From an uncultured Bacteroidota bacterium (GTDB lineage: Bacteria; Bacteroidota; Ignavibacteria; Ignavibacteriales; Ignavibacteriaceae): a DNA stretch of 64,000 nt. The stretch's first letter is position 1. Each line of letters starts with the position of its first letter. Of the stretch, positions 27,486 through 36,516 are shown one piece after another. The notes beneath the pieces were generated by a model. The model was not told the origin of the DNA and made no database searches. It saw only the letters and a program-made list of their open reading frames with translations. The stretch lies in the NCBI GenBank assembly GCA_963772675.1, contig CAVYYF010000007.1, positions 268,049 to 332,048 of the forward strand, in the 5' to 3' direction. The translations under genes and the position numbers were made by a program.

Positions 27486-29489
27486 CTATTTAAGCATTAC
27501 CATTTTCTTTACAGAAACAAAATCACTTGCCTGAATTCTGTAAAGATAAATACCTGATCCAACATTCTGACCTGATGAATTTTTGCCATTCCAGGTAACC
27601 GAATATTTACCACCGCTCATAGAGCTGTTAACCAAAGTGGTAACGAGTTTGCCTGTAATGTCATATACTTCAATTTTTACATTTCCTTCTTTAGGAATAG
27701 TATAATTGATAGTTGTAGTTGGGTTAAACGGATTAGGATAATTTTGTCCCAGTGAATAAACTTGTGGAACAGTATTATCAATCAGCTTAATGCCAGTTGT
27801 GGGATCAAGCTTCTGCAAAGTAACTGCTAATAGAGAATAGATATACTGTGGATTATGAATACCCAAGCTCTTATCTTCAGTAACCATATCCCAGTTGAAA
27901 TAAGCTTCAGCCTCAAGTAATGTCCAGGTTGAATCCGGGCCATTAGTATTTGGTAAATAAGTTGCTATTCTATCTAACAATCCCTGAATTTCAATCTGAA
28001 GCCCATTAGCCACTCCATCACCATCAAGATCTGCATTACCATTAACGTAGAATTTCTTATCAGAGAATTTGGTCCCGATTGTACCATGGCATGGAGCACA
28101 AGCTGAAACATTATCATCGCCTGTTACCGGATCTACCATATTCAATGAGTGGGAACCAAATAATTGTCTTGTTGTACCGTCAGAATTAACACCCGCAGCT
28201 GACATATGACAATCTATACAGCCTTCAGCAGCCTGCATGTGAGGAGAGGTTGGGAATTTCCAACCAAACTGATATCCATTAGTACCTGCAACTATATCAC
28301 CTTGTGGTCCGTGATGAGGTCCGTAATGTGATAAATTATTCAAATAATTATTCGTATAATCAACAGCCTCTACTCTTGACTGATGACAATTCATGCAAAG
28401 GGCTCCTGCACCTATGTTTGATTCTGTAACACCATTAGCAAAAGTAACAGTTGCTGTTCTTAACTGAAATTCATTTGTTGCATCATGCGGATCGTGACAA
28501 ACAGCACAGGCAATTTTTTGTACGGCTGGTGCACTAGTTAATGCGGTTTTACCACCTTTAATCCATGAAACAAATCCTGAGCCGCTATGACACGGTGCAC
28601 AGCTAGTACTGCTGCCTCTTGCAAGGGTCGTTGGGTTTGCATGTACTGAAGCATAATACTGTTCTGAATAAAATTCGTGAGCTCCGGTAGCATCGTGGCA
28701 ATATCCGCAAAGTTCAGGTGATAATGATACTGACATTTTATCAGGAGCTCCATAGTGCATATTTCCAGGTCCGTGGCAAGCTTCACATTGAACGTTAGCT
28801 AATGCCATGGCCTGAGGATAAGCAGCCTTCATTGAATCATTCATTCCTGGCTGTAAGACTGTGGGGAATACAAATGGATAATCATCAAACCCACCATTTG
28901 TTGCAAGAGTATCATAACCGGTTGTATGACACTGTAAACAACTTTCGCCAAAATGAGAGCCAAAAACACCGTCTAATCCATTCGAAGTTGCAGTAGAATG
29001 AGCTGTGCCCTGCCAATTGGAAAATAGAGGAACTCCCTGAGGCACAAAAGCACCGTTGTGACATACATAACAGGCACCTGTTTCATAACCTACAAAAAGT
29101 GCTGAGTTGATTGTGATGGTATCCTTAAGGCTTCCATCAGCGACTACAATTTTATATGTTCCAACTTTATCCGGATTAAAAAAGATAACCTGGTTGGAAG
29201 TATCAATGTCATTTGTAGCTCCAAAGGCAGTTACAGAACCGGCTGGCTTTGATATAAATGTCCAGACAGGGGTATTCAATTTTGCTGAGCTAGTAACTTC
29301 CAAATACACTTTTGATTGGTTACCAACATTTTGTAAGCCTGTATACCAACTGTCAAAATAATGTGCGACTGAATCCTCTTCTACTGCTCTTGGTGATACA
29401 CCAAATGTACGAACTGAAATGCTTTGCGCATAATTCATAGCCGTACACATAAAGAGCGTAAGAATAATATAAAGAACCATTTTTTTCAT
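27486..29489 (-). CDS. Secreted nine-heme c-type cytochrome with a T9SS C-terminal sorting domain
   Basis: Signal peptide. Nine CxxCH motifs: CYVCH, CLQCH, CEACH, CGYCH, CAPCH, CAVCH, CMNCH, CIDCH, CAPCH. C-terminal tail NYPNPFNPTTTINYTIP...GIYLYRIQASDFVSVKKMVMLK. Confidence 0.9.
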   Translation of the reverse strand: MKKMVLYIILTLFMCTAMNYAQSISVRTFGVSPRAVEEDSVAHYFDSWYTGLQNVGNQSKVYLEVTSSAKLNTPVWTFISKPAGSVTAFGATNDIDTSNQVIFFNPDKVGTYKIVVADGSLKDTITINSALFVGYETGACYVCHNGAFVPQGVPLFSNWQGTAHSTATSNGLDGVFGSHFGESCLQCHTTGYDTLATNGGFDDYPFVFPTVLQPGMNDSMKAAYPQAMALANVQCEACHGPGNMHYGAPDKMSVSLSPELCGYCHDATGAHEFYSEQYYASVHANPTTLARGSSTSCAPCHSGSGFVSWIKGGKTALTSAPAVQKIACAVCHDPHDATNEFQLRTATVTFANGVTESNIGAGALCMNCHQSRVEAVDYTNNYLNNLSHYGPHHGPQGDIVAGTNGYQFGWKFPTSPHMQAAEGCIDCHMSAAGVNSDGTTRQLFGSHSLNMVDPVTGDDNVSACAPCHGTIGTKFSDKKFYVNGNADLDGDGVANGLQIEIQGLLDRIATYLPNTNGPDSTWTLLEAEAYFNWDMVTEDKSLGIHNPQYIYSLLAVTLQKLDPTTGIKLIDNTVPQVYSLGQNYPNPFNPTTTINYTIPKEGNVKIEVYDITGKLVTTLVNSSMSGGKYSVTWNGKNSSGQNVGSGIYLYRIQASDFVSVKKMVMLK

Positions 29490-29530
29490 TTTACATATCC
29501 TTCTGTTTTTGTGTTGTGTAAATCATTTAA

Positions 29531-29908
29531 TTAGTCAGATACTTTTATCTTAGTTAAAGATGCTATTAAATCCCTCATATCATTAACGTCTACGGGCTTA
29601 ATTGCATAATATTGAATTCCAAGTGGACTTATTTCCCGTCCCAGTTCATAGCTTTCGTCCGAAGTAATAAATATTGTAGAGACCTTGGTCAAAACATTTT
29701 TTATCGAACTAACAATTCTTCCTGAAATCGGTCGGAGAAAATCATCATCAACTATCATCAGGGTTGGATGGTTATGTATAGCGAAAGACATAACATCGAG
29801 GGGATCATTACTTTCATTAAACACTACAATATTTTCTGAAGAAAACATATCAGTTTTTTTTATTTGCTCAATCAGGTTTGAATCCCCGGAAATAAGTAAT
29901 ATTTTCAT
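29531..29908 (-). CDS. Stand-alone CheY-like receiver domain protein, apparently co-transcribed with the cytochrome gene
   Basis: 125 aa with the receiver landmarks KILLISGD, LMIVDDD, IFITS and YAIKP. Only 41 nt separate it from the cytochrome start. Confidence 0.65.
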   Translation of the reverse strand: MKILLISGDSNLIEQIKKTDMFSSENIVVFNESNDPLDVMSFAIHNHPTLMIVDDDFLRPISGRIVSSIKNVLTKVSTIFITSDESYELGREISPLGIQYYAIKPVDVNDMRDLIASLTKIKVSD

Positions 29909-29920
29909 AGCTTTCCTTTA

Positions 29921-29935
29921 TCAATCAATGTGCCA
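29921..29935 (-). promoter_or_regulatory. Candidate sigma-54 (-24/-12) promoter, TGGCAC-N5-TTGA
   Basis: The minus strand reads tggcac attga ttga. -24 is perfect. -12 has TTGA instead of TTGC. It lies only 12 nt before the ATG at 29908. Confidence 0.3.
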
Positions 29936-30043
29936 GTTAAATTATCATCAAATAAAGCAAGGAAGTTTGATCTAAACTGATAATTCAGCCTATATTAAAA
30001 GGATTTGTATCTTGAGCAGAATTGAAAAGTAAGTTCGATAAAT

Positions 30044-30079
30044 CAAAAGTGTGATTTAAATGTCACACTGTGACTTTTG
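30044..30079. promoter_or_regulatory. Overlapping palindromes (TGTGA/TCACA half-sites), candidate enhancer-binding-protein UAS
   Basis: agtgtga N8 tcacact (30048..30069), gtcaca c tgtgac (30062..30074), and outer caaaagt/acttttg (30044..30050 / 30073..30079). It lies about 110-140 nt upstream of the sigma-54-like element. Confidence 0.35.
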
Positions 30080-30214
30080 TAGGACTACATATTAACGTAG
30101 TTTTTTGCAACAATATTGATTAATTTTGTAGAAAAATTAAATACTTTTTCTTATCCTGTCAGAGGGGCTTAGGGGTTTACAAAATGTTTTACAAGTCGAT
30201 GAGCAGATCCAAAA

Positions 30215-31684
30215 ATGTTCAGAACAATTAGAAGCAAATTTATTTTTCTCTCTATAGCAATCATTGTGACAGGTGTTGTAATAGGTAACATATTAATCAT
30301 CACTCAGCTGAAGGAAAATTTCCACAAACAAACATCTTTAATGCTTGAAACAACCTTGGATATTTTCCGCCAGGGACTTAATACTGAAATGATGATGAAT
30401 AAAGACAAAAATATTCAACACATTCTAGATGAACTTTCTAAGAATGATCATATAGACCATATCAGAATTATTGATCCAAGCGGATTGATAAGATTCGCAT
30501 CAACCAGAATGGAAAGAAACAAATATATTTCAGATATTTCACCGGATCACATTGATATTAAGAATATAAAAAAAAGGACCATAACTGCTTCCCCGGATAA
30601 TTATATTTATTCAGCCTCTGAACCAATATTAAATGCTCAACAATGCAGGACTTGCCACGGTACCAAAAGTGTTATTGCTTACCTTGATGTAGATACAAAT
30701 CTAAGAGATGCTGAGAATAAATTTTATGAAGGTACTTTAACCATTATACTCATTACTGTAATTATAATTACGTTACTAACCTTTTCTTTTTATGGACTTT
30801 TTAACCAACTAATCAACAAACCATTATCAAAGTTCATAAACGCACTCAATAAGGTTAAAGAAGGGGCCCTGGATATTGTTTTACCGCAAAACCGTAGTGA
30901 TGAGTTTGCCATACTTAATTCTAATTTCAATAATATGGTAAACAAATTAAGAGAATCTAAAACTAGGATAGAAGAACTACATGCTGAACAACTACAGAGG
31001 GCAGATAGATTAGTTACACTCGGTGAGTTGACAGCTGAAATGGCACACGATATTAATAATCATACCGCAATCATAATGTCAAGAGCTGATTACCTGAACC
31101 TTGAAACTACAACAGACAAAAAGATTAGTGATTATTCTGAAGACCTAAATACAATTTTATACCAGTCAAACCAGGTTTCAAAAATTACAGGCACTATTCT
31201 AAGACACAGCAAAAAATATCCTAAACTAAACCAGAAAATTGACCTTGTAAGCACAGTGGTTGACTGTCTTAATATTCTAAATCCTTTAATAGTAAAAAAT
31301 AAAATAATCGTCACAAAAAAAATCCCTGGCAACAGTGTAATAATTTTAGGGGATCAGCTTGATATTGAGCAGGCAATCATGAATTTATTAACAAACGCTT
31401 TTGATGCAATCGAAAATGACGGCAGGATTGAAATTGTCGTCGACAAAAATAGTGACGGTAAAATTGTACTTAGTATCAACGATAACGGCAGTGGCATTGA
31501 ACCATCCGTATTGGATCAAATCTTTCAGCCCTTTTTTACGACAAAGAGTATTGAAAGAGGTACAGGCCTTGGATTATACATTGTTAAGAAAATATGTGAC
31601 AACCATTCAGCGGAAATAACCTGTAAAAGTGAGCCGGGTATCGGGACCACTTTTACAATACAATTTAAGGGCAATAACATATGA
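30215..31684 (+). CDS. Sensor histidine kinase with a periplasmic CxxCH (heme c) sensor domain, a HAMP-like linker, and HisKA and HATPase domains
   Basis: TM1, then a periplasmic segment with CRTCH (30644..30658), then TM2. H-box ELTAEMAHDINN, N-box LLTNAFDA, G-boxes DNGSGI and GTGLGLYIV. Confidence 0.85.
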   Translation: MFRTIRSKFIFLSIAIIVTGVVIGNILIITQLKENFHKQTSLMLETTLDIFRQGLNTEMMMNKDKNIQHILDELSKNDHIDHIRIIDPSGLIRFASTRMERNKYISDISPDHIDIKNIKKRTITASPDNYIYSASEPILNAQQCRTCHGTKSVIAYLDVDTNLRDAENKFYEGTLTIILITVIIITLLTFSFYGLFNQLINKPLSKFINALNKVKEGALDIVLPQNRSDEFAILNSNFNNMVNKLRESKTRIEELHAEQLQRADRLVTLGELTAEMAHDINNHTAIIMSRADYLNLETTTDKKISDYSEDLNTILYQSNQVSKITGTILRHSKKYPKLNQKIDLVSTVVDCLNILNPLIVKNKIIVTKKIPGNSVIILGDQLDIEQAIMNLLTNAFDAIENDGRIEIVVDKNSDGKIVLSINDNGSGIEPSVLDQIFQPFFTTKSIERGTGLGLYIVKKICDNHSAEITCKSEPGIGTTFTIQFKGNNI

Positions 31685-33048
31685 AAAAGATATTGGTTAT
31701 AGATGATGAACCTGAAATGCTAAATAGTCTTGAAAAGATTTTATCTTATAGAAAAGATTTTGAAATTGAGTTAAGTAATAATTCGGTTAAAGCAAAAGAG
31801 TTGGTCACCACAAAAAGTTACGATATAATAATAACAGACTTGAAAATGAAGGAAGTTTCCGGAATTGATATTCTTAAGGCTGCCATAAAAAAACATCCGT
31901 ATGCTTTAGTAATAATTATCTCAGGCTATGGTACAATCGAAGCAAGCGTGGAAGCTATCAAGGAAGGTGCATTTGACTTTATAGAAAAACCTTTTACTTC
32001 CAAAGTATTGTTCGACTCTATTGACAGGGCTCTGCAAAAATCCGTAGATAGTCATGTAAAACAAGGGAATGAATTTATAAAGGTTTCAGGATTCATATAT
32101 AAAAGCCAGAAGATTGAAGATGTTATTAAGCTTGTTAAGAAAGTTGCCCCCGGCAATTTCAATATATTGGTTACCGGAGAAAGCGGAACAGGAAAGGAAT
32201 TGATAGCACGTGCTATTCACGATCTTAGCAAAAGAAGAGATAATCCATTTGTGCCGGTAAATTGCGGTGCATTACCCGAATATTTATTTGAGAGTGAAAT
32301 ATTCGGACATGAAAGAGGTGCCTTCACCGGAGCCGTAAGGAAAAAACTAGGACTCCTTGAATTTGCAAATCATGGTACCTTCTTTTTTGATGAGATTGGT
32401 GATATGAGCCAGAACCTGCAGGTCAAATTACTAAGAATGCTGGAAGACAAAAAAATCAGGAGGGTTGGCGGTGAGGAAGAAATTGAAATAAATGTACGTA
32501 TCATTGCTGCAACTAATAAAAATTTAGCTAATGCTGTGGCTGACAAAAAATTCAGAGAGGACCTTTATTATAGGCTAAATACAATCCAGATAGAAATCCC
32601 CCCACTTCGGGACAGGCCAGATGATATTATGCCGTTAGCTAATTATTTTATTTCAAATTTGTGCTCAATGGAGGATAGTGAACAAAAAGGGTTTTCAAAG
32701 GAAGTAGAGGAAATACTAAAAAAATACAGCTGGCCAGGGAATGTGAGAGAGTTACAAAATATATTAAACAGAGCTTTCTTTTTAAGTTCTTCTTCAATAA
32801 TTCAAAGAGAAAACCTTCCGTTGGAACTGGACACTGGAGATAAAAGACTCAATGAAGAATTTTTGTCACCGGGATATAAGGAAGCCAAGGATAAAATGAT
32901 TGAAAAATTTGAACTTGAATATCTGACACATCATTTGAAGCTCAACAAAGGTAATATAACAAAGACCGCCGAAAATTGTGGACTTGACAGGCGCTCTATA
33001 CACCGCTTAATTAATAAATACAATATTATTTATAAAGACGAAGAATAA
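31681..33048 (+). CDS. Sigma-54-dependent response regulator (NtrC/AtoC family enhancer-binding protein)
   Basis: Receiver domain (ILVIDDEP, IIITDLKM), AAA+ domain (GESGTGKE, GAFTGA, FFFDEIGDM, RLNTIQIEIPPLRDR), and a C-terminal Fis-type HTH. It overlaps the kinase stop by 4 nt. Confidence 0.9.
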   Translation: MKKILVIDDEPEMLNSLEKILSYRKDFEIELSNNSVKAKELVTTKSYDIIITDLKMKEVSGIDILKAAIKKHPYALVIIISGYGTIEASVEAIKEGAFDFIEKPFTSKVLFDSIDRALQKSVDSHVKQGNEFIKVSGFIYKSQKIEDVIKLVKKVAPGNFNILVTGESGTGKELIARAIHDLSKRRDNPFVPVNCGALPEYLFESEIFGHERGAFTGAVRKKLGLLEFANHGTFFFDEIGDMSQNLQVKLLRMLEDKKIRRVGGEEEIEINVRIIAATNKNLANAVADKKFREDLYYRLNTIQIEIPPLRDRPDDIMPLANYFISNLCSMEDSEQKGFSKEVEEILKKYSWPGNVRELQNILNRAFFLSSSSIIQRENLPLELDTGDKRLNEEFLSPGYKEAKDKMIEKFELEYLTHHLKLNKGNITKTAENCGLDRRSIHRLINKYNIIYKDEE

Positions 33049-33149
33049 AGTCACCCTTCCCTATCATTAAAAATTGGATACTAAATCAGGAAATATTTAA
33101 GTTGTTATAATTGATAATTGATCTGTACACAAATATTGTGAGGTAAGTA

Positions 33150-34545
33150 ATGTTCGATGCAAAAATATATGTTCAAAGGAGGAAAACTTTAAGGAAAAGG
33201 GTTGGCTCGGGCTTTATACTTTTGCTGGGAAATGAAGAAGCCCCGATGAACTATACTGATAACCAATATGCTTTCAGGCAGGACAGCACATTTTTATACT
33301 ATTTTGGAATAGATCACCCAGGTATTGCAGCAGCAATAGATGTTGACGAAAACAAAGAATACATTTTTGGAAATGATGTTACCATAGACGATATAGTATG
33401 GATGGGACCTCAGCCGACTATTTCTGAAAGGGCTAAAGAAGTTGGAGTAAGAAAAACCGGGTCTCTTGCCGAAATGGAAAGTCTGATAAAGAATGTTCTG
33501 GCTCAGGGACGGCAGGTACATTACCTCCCTCAATACAGAGCATTCAATATTTTAAAGATTGAGCATCTGCTCGGAATTCATCCCAAAAGGATGAAAGAAT
33601 ATTCTTCAGAAGAATTAATTCTTGCAGTTGCAGAACAGAGAGTAAAGAAGGCTCCGGAAGAAATCAGGGAAATTGTAAAAGCTCTCGATGTCGCTTATGA
33701 AATGCAGACTACAGCAATGAAATTAGTCAGGCCCGGTATAAATGAAAGAGAGATTGCAGGAGTAATGGAGGGGATTGCAATTGCCGGAGGTGGAAGATTA
33801 TCTTTTCCGACTATTTTTTCAAAAAACGGACAAACACTTCACAATCATTTCCAGGGAAATAGATTAAAAGCAGGAGACATAGTAGTCAATGATTCAGGTG
33901 CAGAAACTGCAATGCATTACGCGAGCGATATAACCAGGACATTTCCTGTTAGCGGCAAGTTTACAAATATTCAAAAGGAAATTTATCAAATTGTTCTGGA
34001 TATGCAGTTAAAAGCAATCAAGGCTATCAAACCGGGAATTACTTACCGATCTGTTCATCTTGAATCCGCAAGAGTTCTTGTTGAAAGATTTAAAAGAACT
34101 TGGACTTATGAAAGGTAGCGTTGATGAAGCAGTTAGTCAGGGTGCACACGCTCTTTTCTTTCCCCATGGTCTTGGACATTTAATGGGCCTTGATGTCCAC
34201 GATATGGAAAACTTAGGCGAAGCACATACAGGCTACGATGGAAAAACAAAAAGAAGCTCTCAGTTTGGCCTGGCTTATTTAAGATTTGGAAAGAAAATGG
34301 AACCCGGAGTTGTACTGACTGTTGAACCGGGAATTTATTTTATTCCTGAATTAATCGATAAATGGAAAAGAGAAAAGAAATTCAAAGAGTTTATAAATTA
34401 TGACAAAGTCCTGAAGCATAAATCATTCGGTGGAATCAGAATTGAGGATGATATTGTTGTCACTACAAAGGGCAGTAAAGTACTAGGGAAGCCAATCCCA
34501 AAAACGGTTAAGGAAGTTGAGAAACTTGCTTCAATTCGGAAATAA
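33150..34545 (+). pseudogene. Xaa-Pro aminopeptidase / prolidase (M24B), split by an apparent frameshift in the A-run at 34084..34086
   Basis: N-terminal creatinase-like part plus pita-bread part (DITRTFPVSGKF, HGLGHLMGLDVHD, VLTVEPGIY, GGIRIEDDIVV). ORFs 33150..34118 and 34060..34545 are colinear after a 1-nt correction. Confidence 0.8.
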
Positions 34546-34624
34546 TTTTCCTTAGTTTTCGGGTTTCATTAATTTTGGATTCTGGAATTCAAATCTCGTA
34601 TTGTCTATTAAAGGAGAACTATAG

Positions 34625-35557
34625 ATGGGAGTAATGAGAAGCGTTTTACTATGGGCTTCTGTAAATCCTACTTTAAAGGAAAAAGTGCCTCGGATGAAGT
34701 TTGTCCAAAAAGCGTTAAAGAGATTTATGCCGGGAGAGAAACTTGAAAACGCAATTGAAGCCACAAAGTATTTCCAAAAAGATGGTATCCCTGCGATTTT
34801 CACGCGTCTTGGGGAAAACCTTGTAAATCTCTCAGAAGCGGAAGCAGTAAAAGATCATTACATTAAAGTAATAGAAAAAATAGCGGCAGAAAAGATAGAT
34901 GTTGAAGTTTCACTAAAGCTTACTCAGCTTGGATTTGATCTTTCACTTGAACATACATATAAAAATTTCAAAGAGATTGTTCAACAAGCTAAAAATCTTC
35001 TAAAAAATACAGTGTGGATAGATATGGAAGGAAGCGCTTACACCAAAAGGACAATAGAATTCTATGAAAAGATAAAAAGTGAAGAATCAAATGTCGGACT
35101 TTGTCTTCAGGCATACTTATTCAGCACTCATCAGGATCTAAATGAATTGATGAAATTAAATCCCGAGATAAGATTGGTAAAGGGCGCGTATAAAGAACCG
35201 GCTGAAATTGCACTAAAAGATAAATTTAGAGTTGACGAGAATTATCTGGATCTTTCACAAAAAATGTTAACCAAGGTTAAAGAAGGTGGAATGAGGGCAG
35301 TATTTGGAACTCACGATCTTATACTAATTAATGCAATAAATAAATATGCTGAATCACTTGGCCTGGATAAAAATAAGTATGAGTTTCATATGTTGTATGG
35401 AATAAAAACCCGCGAACAGTTGAGACTTGCTAAAGAAGGATATAAAGTCAGAACATTGATCAGCTACGGTTCTGCCTGGTACCCATGGTACGTAAGAAGG
35501 TTAGCTGAAAGACCGGCAAATGTTACATTCGTACTAAAAAATATTTTTTCAAATTAA
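34625..35557 (+). CDS. Proline dehydrogenase family protein (monofunctional PRODH)
   Basis: 310 aa. ISLKLTQLG, WIDMEGS, RLVKGAY, GTHD and a C-terminal LAERPAN pattern are typical of PRODH. Confidence 0.8.
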   Translation: MGVMRSVLLWASVNPTLKEKVPRMKFVQKALKRFMPGEKLENAIEATKYFQKDGIPAIFTRLGENLVNLSEAEAVKDHYIKVIEKIAAEKIDVEVSLKLTQLGFDLSLEHTYKNFKEIVQQAKNLLKNTVWIDMEGSAYTKRTIEFYEKIKSEESNVGLCLQAYLFSTHQDLNELMKLNPEIRLVKGAYKEPAEIALKDKFRVDENYLDLSQKMLTKVKEGGMRAVFGTHDLILINAINKYAESLGLDKNKYEFHMLYGIKTREQLRLAKEGYKVRTLISYGSAWYPWYVRRLAERPANVTFVLKNIFSN

Positions 35558-35566
35558 TTATTGAAT

Positions 35567-36445
35567 ATGCTCAAAGGAATTTTCCCACCGATCACTACCC
35601 CGTTTGTAAATGATGAAATAGCATTTGACAAACTGGCAGAAAATATTTCGAAATGGAATAGAACTAAATTAGCTGGTTACGTTGTAATGGGCTCAAATGG
35701 AGAAAGCGCTTTTTTAACGCGTGAAGAAAAATTAAAGCTGATCGAAAATGTTAAAAAGAATGCAAGCAAGGATAAAATATTAATTGCAGGCACAGGTTCT
35801 GACTCGATTAAGGAGACAATATCGCTTACAAATGATGCTGCTGAAAAAGGCGCAGATTATGCTTTGATATTAACCCCGTCTTTCTTTAAGGGAAAGATGG
35901 ATTCAAATTCTTTCATAAAATATTTTACTGAGGTTGCCGATAAAATAGATATTCCACTTATAATTTATAATGTACCGAAGTTTACAGGAGTAAATATAGA
36001 AGCAGCGCCTGTCTCTATACTTTCGGGACACAAAAATATAATTGGTCTTAAAAATAGTTCTGAAAATGTTGCTCACTTATCTGAAATCATAAATGTTTCG
36101 ACTGATGATTTTGTAACTCTCGTTGGTACTGCCTCTGTTTTATTTACTGGTTTATGCGCTGGAGCTGCGGGCGGAGTTTTAGCTCTTGCTAATATTGCTC
36201 CTGATATGTGTGTAAAGGTTTATGATCTGTTTAATGAAGCCAAACTCAAAGAGGCTCGCAAACTACAAGCTAAACTAATTCCGGTAAACAAGGCCGTAAC
36301 CGGCAAATACGGTGTTGCAGGACTGAAAGCTGCAATGGATATGCTCGGTTATTTCGGTGGCGACCCTCGGTCACCATTAAATAAGCTGAACAATAATGAA
36401 CTTGAGGACCTTAAAACAATTCTATCTGAAGCCGAATTACTTTAG
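35567..36445 (+). CDS. DHDPS/DapA-family class I aldolase, candidate 4-hydroxy-2-oxoglutarate aldolase (HOGA-like)
   Basis: PITTPF, GSNGESAFLTREEK, the Schiff-base lysine context IIGLKNSS, and YNVP. The function is inferred from gene context. ATG 35567 is preferred over TTG 35561. Confidence 0.7.
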   Translation: MLKGIFPPITTPFVNDEIAFDKLAENISKWNRTKLAGYVVMGSNGESAFLTREEKLKLIENVKKNASKDKILIAGTGSDSIKETISLTNDAAEKGADYALILTPSFFKGKMDSNSFIKYFTEVADKIDIPLIIYNVPKFTGVNIEAAPVSILSGHKNIIGLKNSSENVAHLSEIINVSTDDFVTLVGTASVLFTGLCAGAAGGVLALANIAPDMCVKVYDLFNEAKLKEARKLQAKLIPVNKAVTGKYGVAGLKAAMDMLGYFGGDPRSPLNKLNNNELEDLKTILSEAELL

Positions 36446-36516
36446 AACAAATATAATTTTTAATAAACCGTTATCCACTTGACTACTTCATTCATTTTTA
36501 TTTGCGGAGATTTAAT

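Noticed and set aside
30048-30069. Reading TGTGA-N8-TCACA as a CRP/FNR-family site.
   Set aside because: The CRP consensus spacing is N6, and FNR half-sites are TTGAT/ATCAA. The spacing does not fit, so the palindrome is kept only as a generic candidate activator site.
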